From Phycisphaerae bacterium (GTDB lineage: Bacteria > Planctomycetota > Phycisphaerae > UBA1845), in NCBI GenBank assembly GCA_029260015.1, contig JAJDEB010000023.1, positions 45,457-109,456 on the forward strand: a stretch of DNA of 64,000 bases. Direction: 5' to 3'. Shown here one piece after another: positions 37,319 to 47,158 of this stretch. The position numbers and the translations under genes are program-made. Under the pieces are notes generated by a model. The model had not been told where the DNA came from, ran no database searches, and was given only the letters and a program-made list of their open reading frames with translations. How positions within the stretch are numbered: position 1 is the first letter of the stretch; the number at the start of each line of letters is the position of its first letter.

Positions 37319-38626
37319 ATGTCTTCAAAACCACTCGCAACCAATCTTGCAAATGGCTTCGGCCAAATGCGCCGCCTGCCGCTGTCCGGAATTCTGGTGT
37401 CGATGTTCGCGCTGGTCTGCGGCATTGCTGTACCCGCATCAGCCGACCGAATCCGCACACCGCACCCGGAAATCGTCAAATGCGGAACGTGTTCATGCCA
37501 TTGCCCTCACCACGTTTGCCGCTGCTGCCAATGTCGCCGACCGGTCGATCTGGTGATCTGCCTTGATACGTCAGGCAGCATGACGCAACTCATCGACTCT
37601 GCCCGTTCGCGCCTTTGGGACGTAGTCAATGAATTGGCGACGATCAAACCGACGCCGGTACTTCGCGTTGGGCTGCTGACCTATGGCACGCCGGGAAACT
37701 CGTCTGCGAAAGACGGCTGGGTGGTTCGGCAACTCGATCTGACCAATGACCTCGACGAAGTCTACGCCAAGATGATGGCGATGAAGACCTCGGGCGGTGA
37801 CGAGTATGTCGGGTGGGTACTCAACGATGCGGTCGAAACCATATCGTGGTCGAATGATCCGCGAGCGCTGAAGATTATTTTCGTCGCCGGTAACGAGTCT
37901 GCCGACCAAGCCCGAAGCAGTTTCGATTTTCGCTACGTCGCCGAAACCGCCCAAGCCAAACGCATCATCGTCAATTCGATCTATGCCGGAAATCGCAAGC
38001 AAGGCATCGGCGAAATGTGGCACGAAGTCGCGCGGTGCGGCAAGGGTTCATTTTCTGCAATCGACATGGCCCAGGGCACGATTCAAATTGAGACGCCATA
38101 CGACTTACAGCTTTCGAACTTGAACTCCGAATTGAACGACACTTACATTGCCTATGGTCGTCGCGGGAGAGACTTCAAAGAGCGTCAATTCCAGCAAGAC
38201 TCCAACGCAGCACGGATGGGCGCGGAAGCAGAGGCCAGCCGCTTCGCCGCAAAGTCTACCGGTCTCTATGAAAACAGCATTTGGGATCTGGTGGATGCAT
38301 CGAAGGATGAAGATTTTGATCTCGAAAGTGTCGAGGAGAAAGATCTTCCCGCACCCATGCAAACGATGAGTCCCGAAGAGCAAGTCGCTTTCGTGAAGAA
38401 CAAGGCCACAAAACGCGCCGAAGTGCAATCTCAAATTCAAACGATCAACGCCGATCGGCAACGATACATCGACAAAAAGCGTGAGGAATCCAAGAAGGGC
38501 AAACAACAAGGACTGGGCGACGCCATGCTCGCTGCACTTCGACAACAAGCACTCGACAACGGTTTCAACGTCGAGCAGTCCGACTCGGATAGCGACCAAC
38601 CCAACGAAAAGGAATCCAAGAAGTAG
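37319..38626 (+). CDS. Secreted von Willebrand factor type A (vWA) domain protein with N-terminal Cys/His cluster and charged coiled-coil tail
   Basis: ATG 37319 with GGAGAA upstream. Signal/TM segment LSGILVSMFALVCGIAVPASA. Cys/His cluster CGTCSCHCPHHVCRCCQC. MIDAS-containing VDLVICLDTSGSMTQ. K/E/Q-rich C-terminus. Confidence 0.85.
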   Translation: MSSKPLATNLANGFGQMRRLPLSGILVSMFALVCGIAVPASADRIRTPHPEIVKCGTCSCHCPHHVCRCCQCRRPVDLVICLDTSGSMTQLIDSARSRLWDVVNELATIKPTPVLRVGLLTYGTPGNSSAKDGWVVRQLDLTNDLDEVYAKMMAMKTSGGDEYVGWVLNDAVETISWSNDPRALKIIFVAGNESADQARSSFDFRYVAETAQAKRIIVNSIYAGNRKQGIGEMWHEVARCGKGSFSAIDMAQGTIQIETPYDLQLSNLNSELNDTYIAYGRRGRDFKERQFQQDSNAARMGAEAEASRFAAKSTGLYENSIWDLVDASKDEDFDLESVEEKDLPAPMQTMSPEEQVAFVKNKATKRAEVQSQIQTINADRQRYIDKKREESKKGKQQGLGDAMLAALRQQALDNGFNVEQSDSDSDQPNEKESKK

Positions 38627-38670
38627 CCTCGCAAACAAACCGCACACGCCGCCTTCTGGCGGAAAAGAAG

Positions 38671-38706
38671 AGAGGCCATGTTCGGAATTAACCGAACATG
38701 GCCTCT
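38671..38706. terminator. Perfect 15-bp hairpin between convergent genes (bidirectional terminator candidate)
   Basis: AGAGGCCATGTTCGG-AATTAA-CCGAACATGGCCTCT. On the minus strand the hairpin is followed by CTTCTTTTCC. It sits between the vWA stop (38626) and the Cys-repeat gene stop (38733). Confidence 0.65.
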
Positions 38707-38732
38707 TGATATAATTCGAATTCTCAAGTTTG

Positions 38733-41700
38733 CTAGGGACCTAACAACACGCCGTCAAACTCATCCATATCCGCGTCGTCTACCGTCCCGTTCGCATCTG
38801 CGTCAAAAATGCATCGACAAGCCAAAGGGTCGGGCGCATTTAAGTCCGACGCTACACACGCCTGCATCGATCCGAAGTCGATCAGATCAACATCGCCGTC
38901 GTTATCAAAATCTCCCGCATCTTGCAACGCGAACGACAGACATCCGTTCATGATCGGCAGAATCACATCGAGGTCGCTCTGTTCAAACAACCCATTGGTA
39001 TCGATGTCAAACGCACAATAGCAGCGATTGTCTACCGTCGGATTCGCGGGCGTCGGTCCGCCCATGCAGATTTGCAACGCCGCATAATCTTCGAGGTCCG
39101 CATTACCATCGTTGTCGAAGTCGGCAGGTAAGTTGCCACCGCATACATCCGGGCAATTGACCGACGCACACGGTAGGCCAGCCGTAAACGTCGAGCCAGC
39201 GATCGCGTCACATTCGCCTTGTGTTCCACCATCAATACAACCGCCATCAAGTTCGCAGCACGCACCGGTCGCGGCACATGGGTTACCGGCGCAATCAGTC
39301 CCCGTACCGAGAAACGAACCACCCTGTGCCGCGCAGTTTGCCGGCGTGTCGTTGACGACGCAGGTGTCACCGGGACGACAGCAAGCCCCGAACTCAGCCA
39401 AACAGAAGGCGTTGCTCGTTGCACAATCCGAATCGGTTCCCAGCGAAACTCCGTTGACTCCGGAGCAACCGGATTCGGTCAAGTCCTGACAGGTTCCACC
39501 AGGCACGCAACACGCCACGGTTTCCGGAGCACACGGGTCACCGCTGCAATCGGTTCCCGGACCGACGAACGATCCGTCAAGGGATTCGCATTGTAGTTGG
39601 TGAAGCCCGCCACTGACGAAACAACTGGTTCCCAAACAGCACGCGCCATCGGTGCAAAAATCGCCGCTTGCACACAATTCGCCGAGCGTCCCCTGAACAC
39701 CGTTGGATGACGCACATTCATCCGGGAACAGGTCTTTGCACTCACCGCTCACACAACAAGGAGCCGTGTCACAAGTATTCGCACCGCAAAGCGTCGCATC
39801 ACCCAAGTATATTCCGCCACCGTTCGTGCAGATGTCCAGCGTTTCGATCGAACACGATCCATTGTTGCAGCAGGCCCCGCGCGGTTCGCAAACATCGGGC
39901 CCGCATTGGCTGCCGTTGCCTTGGAACTCGGCCAATTCATTCGTCTCACATGCCAGCCGCGAAGTCTCACTGCACGTTGCGTCGATCGCGCAACACGCAC
40001 CCTGGTCGCATGGGCTGCCCGTACAATCACTACCGAATCCACCGAACGATCCGAGCGATCGCAAGAGGCAATCCGGTTCGGAGACGTTGTTCTCACATCC
40101 GAAGAACCCAGAGCCCGGCATCAACTCGGAGCAGCACGCCCCAACTTCGGGACAGGCGGCTGCATCACATAGAGTGTTGTTGCCCTGATAAGTACCGCCC
40201 ATCGACGTGCACTGCGGGACCAGTACGGTTTCGTTCAGAATCTGGCAGCTACTGTCATCGAAGCAGCATGCTCCGCTCGCGATACAGGGGTTGGCTTGGG
40301 TATCGGAGCAGGATGTTCCCGGGTCGCTTGGGTCAGACCCCAACCCGATGCAATCGATCTGCCGCTCTTCACTGCAAACGTCAGAACCATCGCAGCAGAC
40401 ACCGGTGACACAAGACAGAGACGCACACGACACGCCGTCGCCATCATATAATCCGTTTGAATTGGCGCATTCGTTCGGTGATTGAATCTTGCATTCGCCA
40501 CCGGGTAGGCAACAGGCACCTTGCTGGCCATTGCTGCACGGTGAAGCCACGTCACATGCACGCCAAGCATCATCGCCAACGTTCTCAAAAACACCGCCGG
40601 CTTGCTGACAGTCGAACGAATTTAAGATCTTGCATTCACCGAACACGCAGCAAGCGCCGACGGTCGCACCACACGGATCGTACAAACACGGTTGAGCTTC
40701 AGTCCAGGTGAAGAAATTGGTATTGCAGTCTTCAATCGCTACATCGTTGCAAGTTTCGGAATTTTCACAGCACGCACCAAGCACGTCGCAGGTCTGCACA
40801 TCGCATGACGTTCCCTGCCCTTTCCAGATGCCGGGCGTCTGGCCAAGCTGCGATGTTTCACAATCGAATTTTTCAACGCCGTCTTCGCACGCTCCGTCGT
40901 AGCGACAGCACGCCCCAAGAATGGTGTCGTTGCACGGATTCAGCGGGAACAGCGGTGCGTCCTGGCAGTGCGTTCCCAATCCCTGGAAGCTGACGCCACC
41001 GATCGACGTGCAATCTTGGGCGCTTTCCTCCTGCAAACAACCAGACTCGAGCAAGCAGCATGCACCGGTTTCAGGGCACATCGTCGCCGAACAAACCGAA
41101 TAGTCTCCGTTGTACTCACCACCCAATGCCGTACATTCCGAAACGGTCAGGTCGTCACCACAAGTTCCGTCAAAGAAACAACACGCTCCAAATGGCTCGG
41201 CACATGGATTTGGAATGGCGCAGGTCTCGGTCGGATCAAACGTTCCGCCGAATTCATTTGCGCAAGCGAACTCGTTGGTGAAGATACAAGTATCCGGAAT
41301 GACGCAGCACGCACCCTGAGGCAATGGACATTCCACATCGTCGCAGGTGGTTCCCGGTTCGGAAAAGACGCCGGTGCAGTTGGCTTCCTCGACAACACTG
41401 CACGAGCTGCCATTGCAGCATGCTCCCGGTGGGATTTCAAAACACAGGTCCATCACAAGCACCGCACCCGAGAAAATCGACACGGATAAGTTTGGAACTG
41501 TACCCAGTGGCGGTGACGGAGGCGATTGACTGATTCCCCAATAACCCAAAGATTCCCCGCGACAAAACGGCTGAGCGCCATTGACGGTATCGCGTGAAAA
41601 CGCAATCGACTGCCCTTCGTCCCAACCGATTCCGACGATGAATCGCGTCGGCTCAGGCATACCCATGCTCATGTTGGGGGTGAGCGTCAAAGGCGTGGGT

Positions 41701-42260
41701 AAATCGTATTTGTAGAGAGTTAGTCCCGTTCCATTGCGCGTCACAGGTTGAACGAGTAGGGGCGTGTATGCCGTTGCTCCCGAGTCGCGACGATAGACGA
41801 CAAACGTCAGGTCGGCTTGAAAGTTGAAATCCAGTTCGACCTTGATCTCTGTAAGAATCGCTTCCTCTTCGATTTCGATCACGTTTCCGTGAAAGAACCG
41901 CGTGAGGGCGGGCTGCTGACTGGTCACACCACTCGGGCAGCATTCTTCTGCAGCGCGCAAGCCTGCAAGGTCGAGCGGAAAATCGTAGGGCCGAGGCTCA
42001 ACATCGCGCAGATCGGTCAAGCCAATCAGCGGATCAGTGCCATACTCTGACACTAAGTCGCCACTGAATGATTGGTTGCCAACCGCGCCCGCACCCTCCG
42101 GCGTAGCCGCGATCCCTTGTCGATCCTGCTGGCCACCGTCGGGATTCACCGCGCGTGCCGAAAGCGCCGGTAACAAGAGCGCCGACGCCACAACCGCTAA
42201 ACACATTTGAACTGACGGATTCACCCGAGAGGTCCACATACCATCACAACCTGTGCGCAT
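38733..42260 (-). CDS. Giant secreted Cys-rich repeat protein (18 GACC modules) with two C-terminal dockerin-like modules
   Basis: 1175 aa. Signal peptide ..MCLAVVASALLLPALSARA. A ~240-aa N-terminal domain of unknown type. 18 tandem modules at aa 278-1040. The C-terminal aa 1044-1175 contain DFDNDGNADLEDYAALQIC..CYCAFDIDTNG and DFDNDGDVDLIDFGSMQAC..CRCIFDADANGTVD. Confidence 0.85.
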   Translation of the reverse strand: MRTGCDGMWTSRVNPSVQMCLAVVASALLLPALSARAVNPDGGQQDRQGIAATPEGAGAVGNQSFSGDLVSEYGTDPLIGLTDLRDVEPRPYDFPLDLAGLRAAEECCPSGVTSQQPALTRFFHGNVIEIEEEAILTEIKVELDFNFQADLTFVVYRRDSGATAYTPLLVQPVTRNGTGLTLYKYDLPTPLTLTPNMSMGMPEPTRFIVGIGWDEGQSIAFSRDTVNGAQPFCRGESLGYWGISQSPPSPPLGTVPNLSVSIFSGAVLVMDLCFEIPPGACCNGSSCSVVEEANCTGVFSEPGTTCDDVECPLPQGACCVIPDTCIFTNEFACANEFGGTFDPTETCAIPNPCAEPFGACCFFDGTCGDDLTVSECTALGGEYNGDYSVCSATMCPETGACCLLESGCLQEESAQDCTSIGGVSFQGLGTHCQDAPLFPLNPCNDTILGACCRYDGACEDGVEKFDCETSQLGQTPGIWKGQGTSCDVQTCDVLGACCENSETCNDVAIEDCNTNFFTWTEAQPCLYDPCGATVGACCVFGECKILNSFDCQQAGGVFENVGDDAWRACDVASPCSNGQQGACCLPGGECKIQSPNECANSNGLYDGDGVSCASLSCVTGVCCDGSDVCSEERQIDCIGLGSDPSDPGTSCSDTQANPCIASGACCFDDSSCQILNETVLVPQCTSMGGTYQGNNTLCDAAACPEVGACCSELMPGSGFFGCENNVSEPDCLLRSLGSFGGFGSDCTGSPCDQGACCAIDATCSETSRLACETNELAEFQGNGSQCGPDVCEPRGACCNNGSCSIETLDICTNGGGIYLGDATLCGANTCDTAPCCVSGECKDLFPDECASSNGVQGTLGELCASGDFCTDGACCLGTSCFVSGGLHQLQCESLDGSFVGPGTDCSGDPCAPETVACCVPGGTCQDLTESGCSGVNGVSLGTDSDCATSNAFCLAEFGACCRPGDTCVVNDTPANCAAQGGSFLGTGTDCAGNPCAATGACCELDGGCIDGGTQGECDAIAGSTFTAGLPCASVNCPDVCGGNLPADFDNDGNADLEDYAALQICMGGPTPANPTVDNRCYCAFDIDTNGLFEQSDLDVILPIMNGCLSFALQDAGDFDNDGDVDLIDFGSMQACVASDLNAPDPLACRCIFDADANGTVDDADMDEFDGVLLGP
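39141..41429 (-). repeat. Protein-level tandem array: 18 x ~38-50 aa six-cysteine 'GACC' modules
   Basis: Each unit follows G-A-C-C-x(3-6)-C-x(6-9)-C-x(3-5)-G-G-x(6-9)-C-x(4-7)-C, for example GACCFFDGTCGDDLTVSECTALGGEYNGDYSVCSATMCPET. The units diverge at the DNA level, and I saw no long exact nucleotide repeats. Confidence 0.85.
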
Positions 42261-42718
42261 TTTGACTTTCCCAAAATGGTCTGACCGACTGATTGGCCTA
42301 ATTGACTGATTGACTCAAGTTTTCGGGTGGAGCTTCCTTCCCCTGGGAACCCCATCCCCTTCCGAAAAACCGCTGATTCGACGCCGAAACCTCCTGTGTC
42401 GATTCGTCCGCGCCGATAGTGATTCGTTTCCCATTATAGCAAGCCGGATATCACGAAGCTACCGCACATCGCCTAAAGCGCCGCCACAAATTCGGCAATT
42501 CATCCATATCTTGCGGCCAAGTTGCAATGCTTTTCGGACCTTGCGATCGCCATCGCCAACCGGCGACCAGATACGCACGATGATAGGAAGCAATTCATGT
42601 CTGAAATGTGATCGCGAGTCGAACGACGCGCACAGATTTGCGGACGTTCGCCGGCATCAATCAAGCGAAACGGTAACCGATACAGTGGCGAACCAAACGC
42701 GGGTGCATAATGCGCGTG

Positions 42719-45700
42719 CTACTCAGAGCGAACATCCGAGTATTGGCTGATCGTTCGCGAACCGATGCGCATCGGCTTGGATTGACCGAACAGCATCGGC
42801 AATCGATCGACGGTGGTCTGGAAACGAATCGCTTTTTGATCGACCGTATGCATGCTCGCCCGCGTCGCTGGGACGTCGGTATAATCTTCAGCCGACTGCC
42901 CGCGAATTGTTCCGTAAATCGTAAACACGTGCGACTTTGTGGTCACCCAATCGCCCAGCGCCACCACTCGGGCGACGGCTGAAACGTAATCGCCACCGTT
43001 GGCCACCGCTCCACCATCGACATTGTAGGACCATTCACCCGGGCCAGCCGTATCGACGTGGCGCACGTTCAGCAATTCACCGACGGACAGGAAACCATAC
43101 CCCGCGCGGTTTGTACGCGATCCCCCGGTCAGCGGTCCACGTTGCGGAGCAAAGTCCACAGTGGCTGCAATCACCGGATCGACACTGGGAACAAAGCGTG
43201 CTTCCCGATACGCCACAATCGCCTGGGCGAATTCGCGCCCAATCTCTCCGGGTTGATCGGAAATTGGTTGATCGATGTCCGAACCATCATGAGCGCGCTT
43301 GGCTTTGGGCAGGGCAGCCGGATATAAGGCACTGCGAAGTCTGTCCTTCATACTGCCTGCAGAGTCCGGCAAGTTGAACTTGTCCATGTCCATCAGCGGC
43401 AGACCGGACAGCACCGACCATGGCGCGGTGTTCAGGTTGATGCGTCCTGAGACCCGCAGGCCGTCCATGTCCACCGGTGGATAACCTTGAAGTGCCTGCA
43501 GGTTGGGATCGTTGCAAGCGGTGTTCTCGGTGCGGAGCGGCAGCGCCGTGAAATAGTCAAAAACCAGTTGCCCCCAAGGTAGCGCGGTAACGCCCTGCGC
43601 GACATCGTCGTTGGCAGATGGCGACTGGTGATACGCCATCGCCTCGTCAAAGACCGGCATCCGACCGTTGTCGATAAACGTACTCTGCTGGGCCATCAAC
43701 GTTTCATGCACATGATTGAACGGAACGACCTCTGCACCCACAGACGGATCATCAAGATGGGCATGACGCATCAACAACAACATCGACCCCGTCGTCGGAA
43801 ATGCCGTCCGCAACACACCGGTATCTGCAAAGTCAATATGTACCGAGCGAATGCTCGCATCGACCGTAGTTGCCCGAATTGAGTTGTCGATACCCAACGT
43901 ATGATAGTTGGGCTGATCGCTGTATCGATACTTGGGCACTGGGAACCGCCACACATTAGCAGTGGTGTCTCGTTGAATCGATGCCGTAATCCTGGTCGGC
44001 ACCGGCATATTGATTAGATCAGGCAGATCACCCGCCGGATTGATTGGCGTATCGCTGATTTCTTCGAGAACAAAACGCGAGTCGGCAAGATTGACTTGAT
44101 CGACCGTCACATAAACCGTTCCGGGCCCTGAACCAATGACTCGCTGCAGCGCGATCATACTGCTGTTATCAAAAACGATTGCGTCGCCGAGTTGAGTGGC
44201 ACCTGGCGTTCCGAGTGCGGTTCCATAACCATGAAATACCGCATACGATCGCGGAGCAAGTATGCCGCCGAGAGGCAGATTCACAAATCGTTCAAGTTGC
44301 GTACCATCTAGTTTTGTCGCCAAAACATCATCGGTCGCTAAACCCGGATCGTCGAACAAATCCGTCAACTCAAACACGGACAAATCGATTGGTACGTCGA
44401 ATGGGTTATATAACTCAACTGCAAAGACACTTGAAGACTCATCGATGATCAGCCCTGGAAATGCCCCCGTAGACTGGGGCACATCTACAAACACTTCCGT
44501 GATATACGGCTGACGTTCCAAACCGTAGACCTTCAAGTTCGGTTCGGCGGGATCGACCATGCCGGTACGCCAATCGCGCACTGGCACCATGGTTGGTTCG
44601 TCGGGAATCGCTCCTACGATCTGATCGTTGTCCGCAAAGTCGATTAAGTTCGCAGCCAGGGCGGCTGCCAAAATCGAAATGCGTTTGTTGTCACCGACAA
44701 ACGGACCGGATGGCGGATCGATCATCGTCGCCCCACCGTTGGAATCAAAGTCGATCGCACCGGCATAGTTACGCAGTTGCAGGAAGAACGCATCCTGAAT
44801 CAACGCAGCCAGTTCGGTTTTCTTCGCCGGTGTGAGCGTGTCCAAGGTCGTGCCATCTGGCAGCCAGCCACCTTCGGATTGCGTCTTGCTGAAATACGGG
44901 AACGAGAATTTCAACCGACCCTTACGCGGATCGCCCTGCGGTAGAAAATCAGGATAACCGCCCCACGCATAATTTCCGTTGGTGCTGATATCGGCAATCA
45001 GGTCCATTCCGCCAAACGAGGATGAACGAATCAGATTGTCGTCATGGCCAACCGTGGTCACGAGGTGCGTACGATCGTATGGGGCTGCACCGCCCGCACC
45101 AATCGGATCAACCATTTGGCGCCAGGTGCTCGCGTCGTAGTCATCCAACGTAGCATCATCGAACTGCCACCAACGACGATTGCTACTGGTGAAAAAGTCG
45201 CTGGTCGGCGTATGCGTCTGATTAAGCGTCGAATGCGGATAGAGCAACCGGTCGGCCAACTCGACAAACATGCGCGTTTGCGGAAATTGTCGCGGAAGCA
45301 TTAACCCGCGATTGCGCAGCGCCCATTCCTGCGACTCCGGCAAATAACGCGTGCTGATCTCGCCATTGGTCAAGCGGTTCTGCCAGATGAAATCGGAGTA
45401 TCCGAGCGCGTTTTCGACCAGCGTATCGGCGTAATACTCATTGCCGGGAATGCTCAATACATCACAATACGGAATGTGCGTGTTGAGATTCACCATCGAA
45501 CCGTGCGGAATGATTTTAATCGTCAGCCACAACGCATCCGGATCGTTCTGATTCAACCATGCCGGATCGCGAAGACGCTCCGATACGGCTGTCTTGATGT
45601 TCGGCGGAAGCACGCTGTCGCTCAGGTTGATCGCAATCGAATCGGGAATCCCATCGCCATCGGCATCCTGCATCCGCACCAGATTCGGCTCGGCAACAAC

Positions 45701-46333
45701 CGGGTCGAGCGGATCGTAGCCAATGTTCGTCTTGTAATCGACGACGTCGAGATTTACGAATGACTGATCAAACACGATTGGCGTTTGGCGGCGTCTAATG
45801 TCCGGGACATCCGGTCCGGAAGCCACTGCCAACCCCGTCCGTCGATTCAACGCACGCTGCATATCTGAATAAAATTCAATCTTAGCGGTGACGCCGTCTT
45901 CCTGCGGCTCGGTCATGTCGATGTAAGTATGAATGCCAGGCGTTTCGCTGTATGACGGAAGCACCGCACGACCGGCAAGATCAATCACTTCGCGCGACTC
46001 GGCGTTGTAGGGAAGCCCATCTGGACCGAGGAAACCATTGGCCAAGAGTTCAAAAACGAACTGCTCGATCGACCCCACCATCACCTTGTTTTCATTGGTC
46101 TCGCGAACCACGTCGAGCGTCTTGGTTTCAAACGTCACCGTCGTCAAAAGCGCGGCACCTGACACAAACAGAATTGCGAGCACCGCAACAACCATGATCA
46201 GCACCACTGCAGGCCGACGCGCCGGGCGAACCGGATGCGTGTCCCAGCACTTTGAAGCCGTCGGCATTGCCCATGCATGCGCGGCATTCTTTGGGGCTGC
46301 GTTAATCATGTTGTTAAATTCGTTTCTCATCAC
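42719..46333 (-). CDS. Giant GspK-like minor pseudopilin (1204 aa)
   Basis: The N-terminal hydrophobic helix RRPAVVLIMVVAVLAILFVSGAALL lacks Glu+5, as in GspK. The C-terminal region has GRINLNTAPWSVLSGLPLMD...FAQAIVAYREA...GFLSVGELLNV, matching the GspK helix-hairpin-helix signature (iNiNTA..vL..lpg / R...f.s..EL..v). Confidence 0.7.
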   Translation of the reverse strand: MMRNEFNNMINAAPKNAAHAWAMPTASKCWDTHPVRPARRPAVVLIMVVAVLAILFVSGAALLTTVTFETKTLDVVRETNENKVMVGSIEQFVFELLANGFLGPDGLPYNAESREVIDLAGRAVLPSYSETPGIHTYIDMTEPQEDGVTAKIEFYSDMQRALNRRTGLAVASGPDVPDIRRRQTPIVFDQSFVNLDVVDYKTNIGYDPLDPVVAEPNLVRMQDADGDGIPDSIAINLSDSVLPPNIKTAVSERLRDPAWLNQNDPDALWLTIKIIPHGSMVNLNTHIPYCDVLSIPGNEYYADTLVENALGYSDFIWQNRLTNGEISTRYLPESQEWALRNRGLMLPRQFPQTRMFVELADRLLYPHSTLNQTHTPTSDFFTSSNRRWWQFDDATLDDYDASTWRQMVDPIGAGGAAPYDRTHLVTTVGHDDNLIRSSSFGGMDLIADISTNGNYAWGGYPDFLPQGDPRKGRLKFSFPYFSKTQSEGGWLPDGTTLDTLTPAKKTELAALIQDAFFLQLRNYAGAIDFDSNGGATMIDPPSGPFVGDNKRISILAAALAANLIDFADNDQIVGAIPDEPTMVPVRDWRTGMVDPAEPNLKVYGLERQPYITEVFVDVPQSTGAFPGLIIDESSSVFAVELYNPFDVPIDLSVFELTDLFDDPGLATDDVLATKLDGTQLERFVNLPLGGILAPRSYAVFHGYGTALGTPGATQLGDAIVFDNSSMIALQRVIGSGPGTVYVTVDQVNLADSRFVLEEISDTPINPAGDLPDLINMPVPTRITASIQRDTTANVWRFPVPKYRYSDQPNYHTLGIDNSIRATTVDASIRSVHIDFADTGVLRTAFPTTGSMLLLMRHAHLDDPSVGAEVVPFNHVHETLMAQQSTFIDNGRMPVFDEAMAYHQSPSANDDVAQGVTALPWGQLVFDYFTALPLRTENTACNDPNLQALQGYPPVDMDGLRVSGRINLNTAPWSVLSGLPLMDMDKFNLPDSAGSMKDRLRSALYPAALPKAKRAHDGSDIDQPISDQPGEIGREFAQAIVAYREARFVPSVDPVIAATVDFAPQRGPLTGGSRTNRAGYGFLSVGELLNVRHVDTAGPGEWSYNVDGGAVANGGDYVSAVARVVALGDWVTTKSHVFTIYGTIRGQSAEDYTDVPATRASMHTVDQKAIRFQTTVDRLPMLFGQSKPMRIGSRTISQYSDVRSE

Positions 46334-47158
46334 GCGTACTCTAAATCAAATCTCCCCATTCCCAATTCTTTTTGGTTCAGGGCTTCTCTCGTCCTCAGAG
46401 GCCATCGCCGTCGGCGACACGTACCACTTCGACAACGCCTGCAACGACATCAACCCATCGCCGGGAATTGCCAGCCACGCTTACGCACGCCACTGTTGGA
46501 CCATGGCGTTGAAACAGTCATTGCCGGATTGAAACTAGCGCCAAGTTCGATCCGCTTTACAGAGCCCGCCTTACAGAGCAATGTTCTCGCAATCGACCAG
46601 CCTCGCTGGCGATTCACCACTCGGTATTCGGTCAACCGGAGTTCTGCGGATCGAGTTCTCTTTCCCCGGTGCTGAAAACTGCACATGCTGAATACTGCAC
46701 ATGCTGACTTACTTCTCCGCGATCTTCTGCGGTCTGCCCTTTCTATCCCCCCAGGGTTTCACGATCCTCAATAATCCGAATCTCAAGGACCACCAACGCA
46801 AACCTCACGTCAGCCACCTTCATTATCGCATCCTGCAAATGTCTAGTCCCGTGTTTGCAGCCCTGAAAACGTCGGCAACGAATAAGTTATCGGCCCCAAA
46901 AACCGAATCTATGAGGCGATAATGTCTCCAGATTAGCCCAAAAATCAACGATTCAGACACAACTGCAGAGAAGTCACAAGATAGCGGGCATACACCGCCC
47001 CTGATCTCCTAAGACCTTTCCTCTGTTAAAGCGAATGATACCCAACCACACACCGACGCATCTTAAACGCAACGGCAATAGAACGCGACTTGGAATCAAC
47101 GCCCGGATGAAATGGAGTTCGGCCGGATGAATTGAATTTTAGAACGGGCAAACGGATG

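Noticed and set aside
39141-41429. Possible CRISPR array or DNA-level satellite, because of strong periodicity
   Set aside because: The periodicity exists only at the protein level (Cys spacing). Unit lengths vary from about 38 to 50 codons, the units are not identical in DNA sequence, and the region is one continuous ORF.
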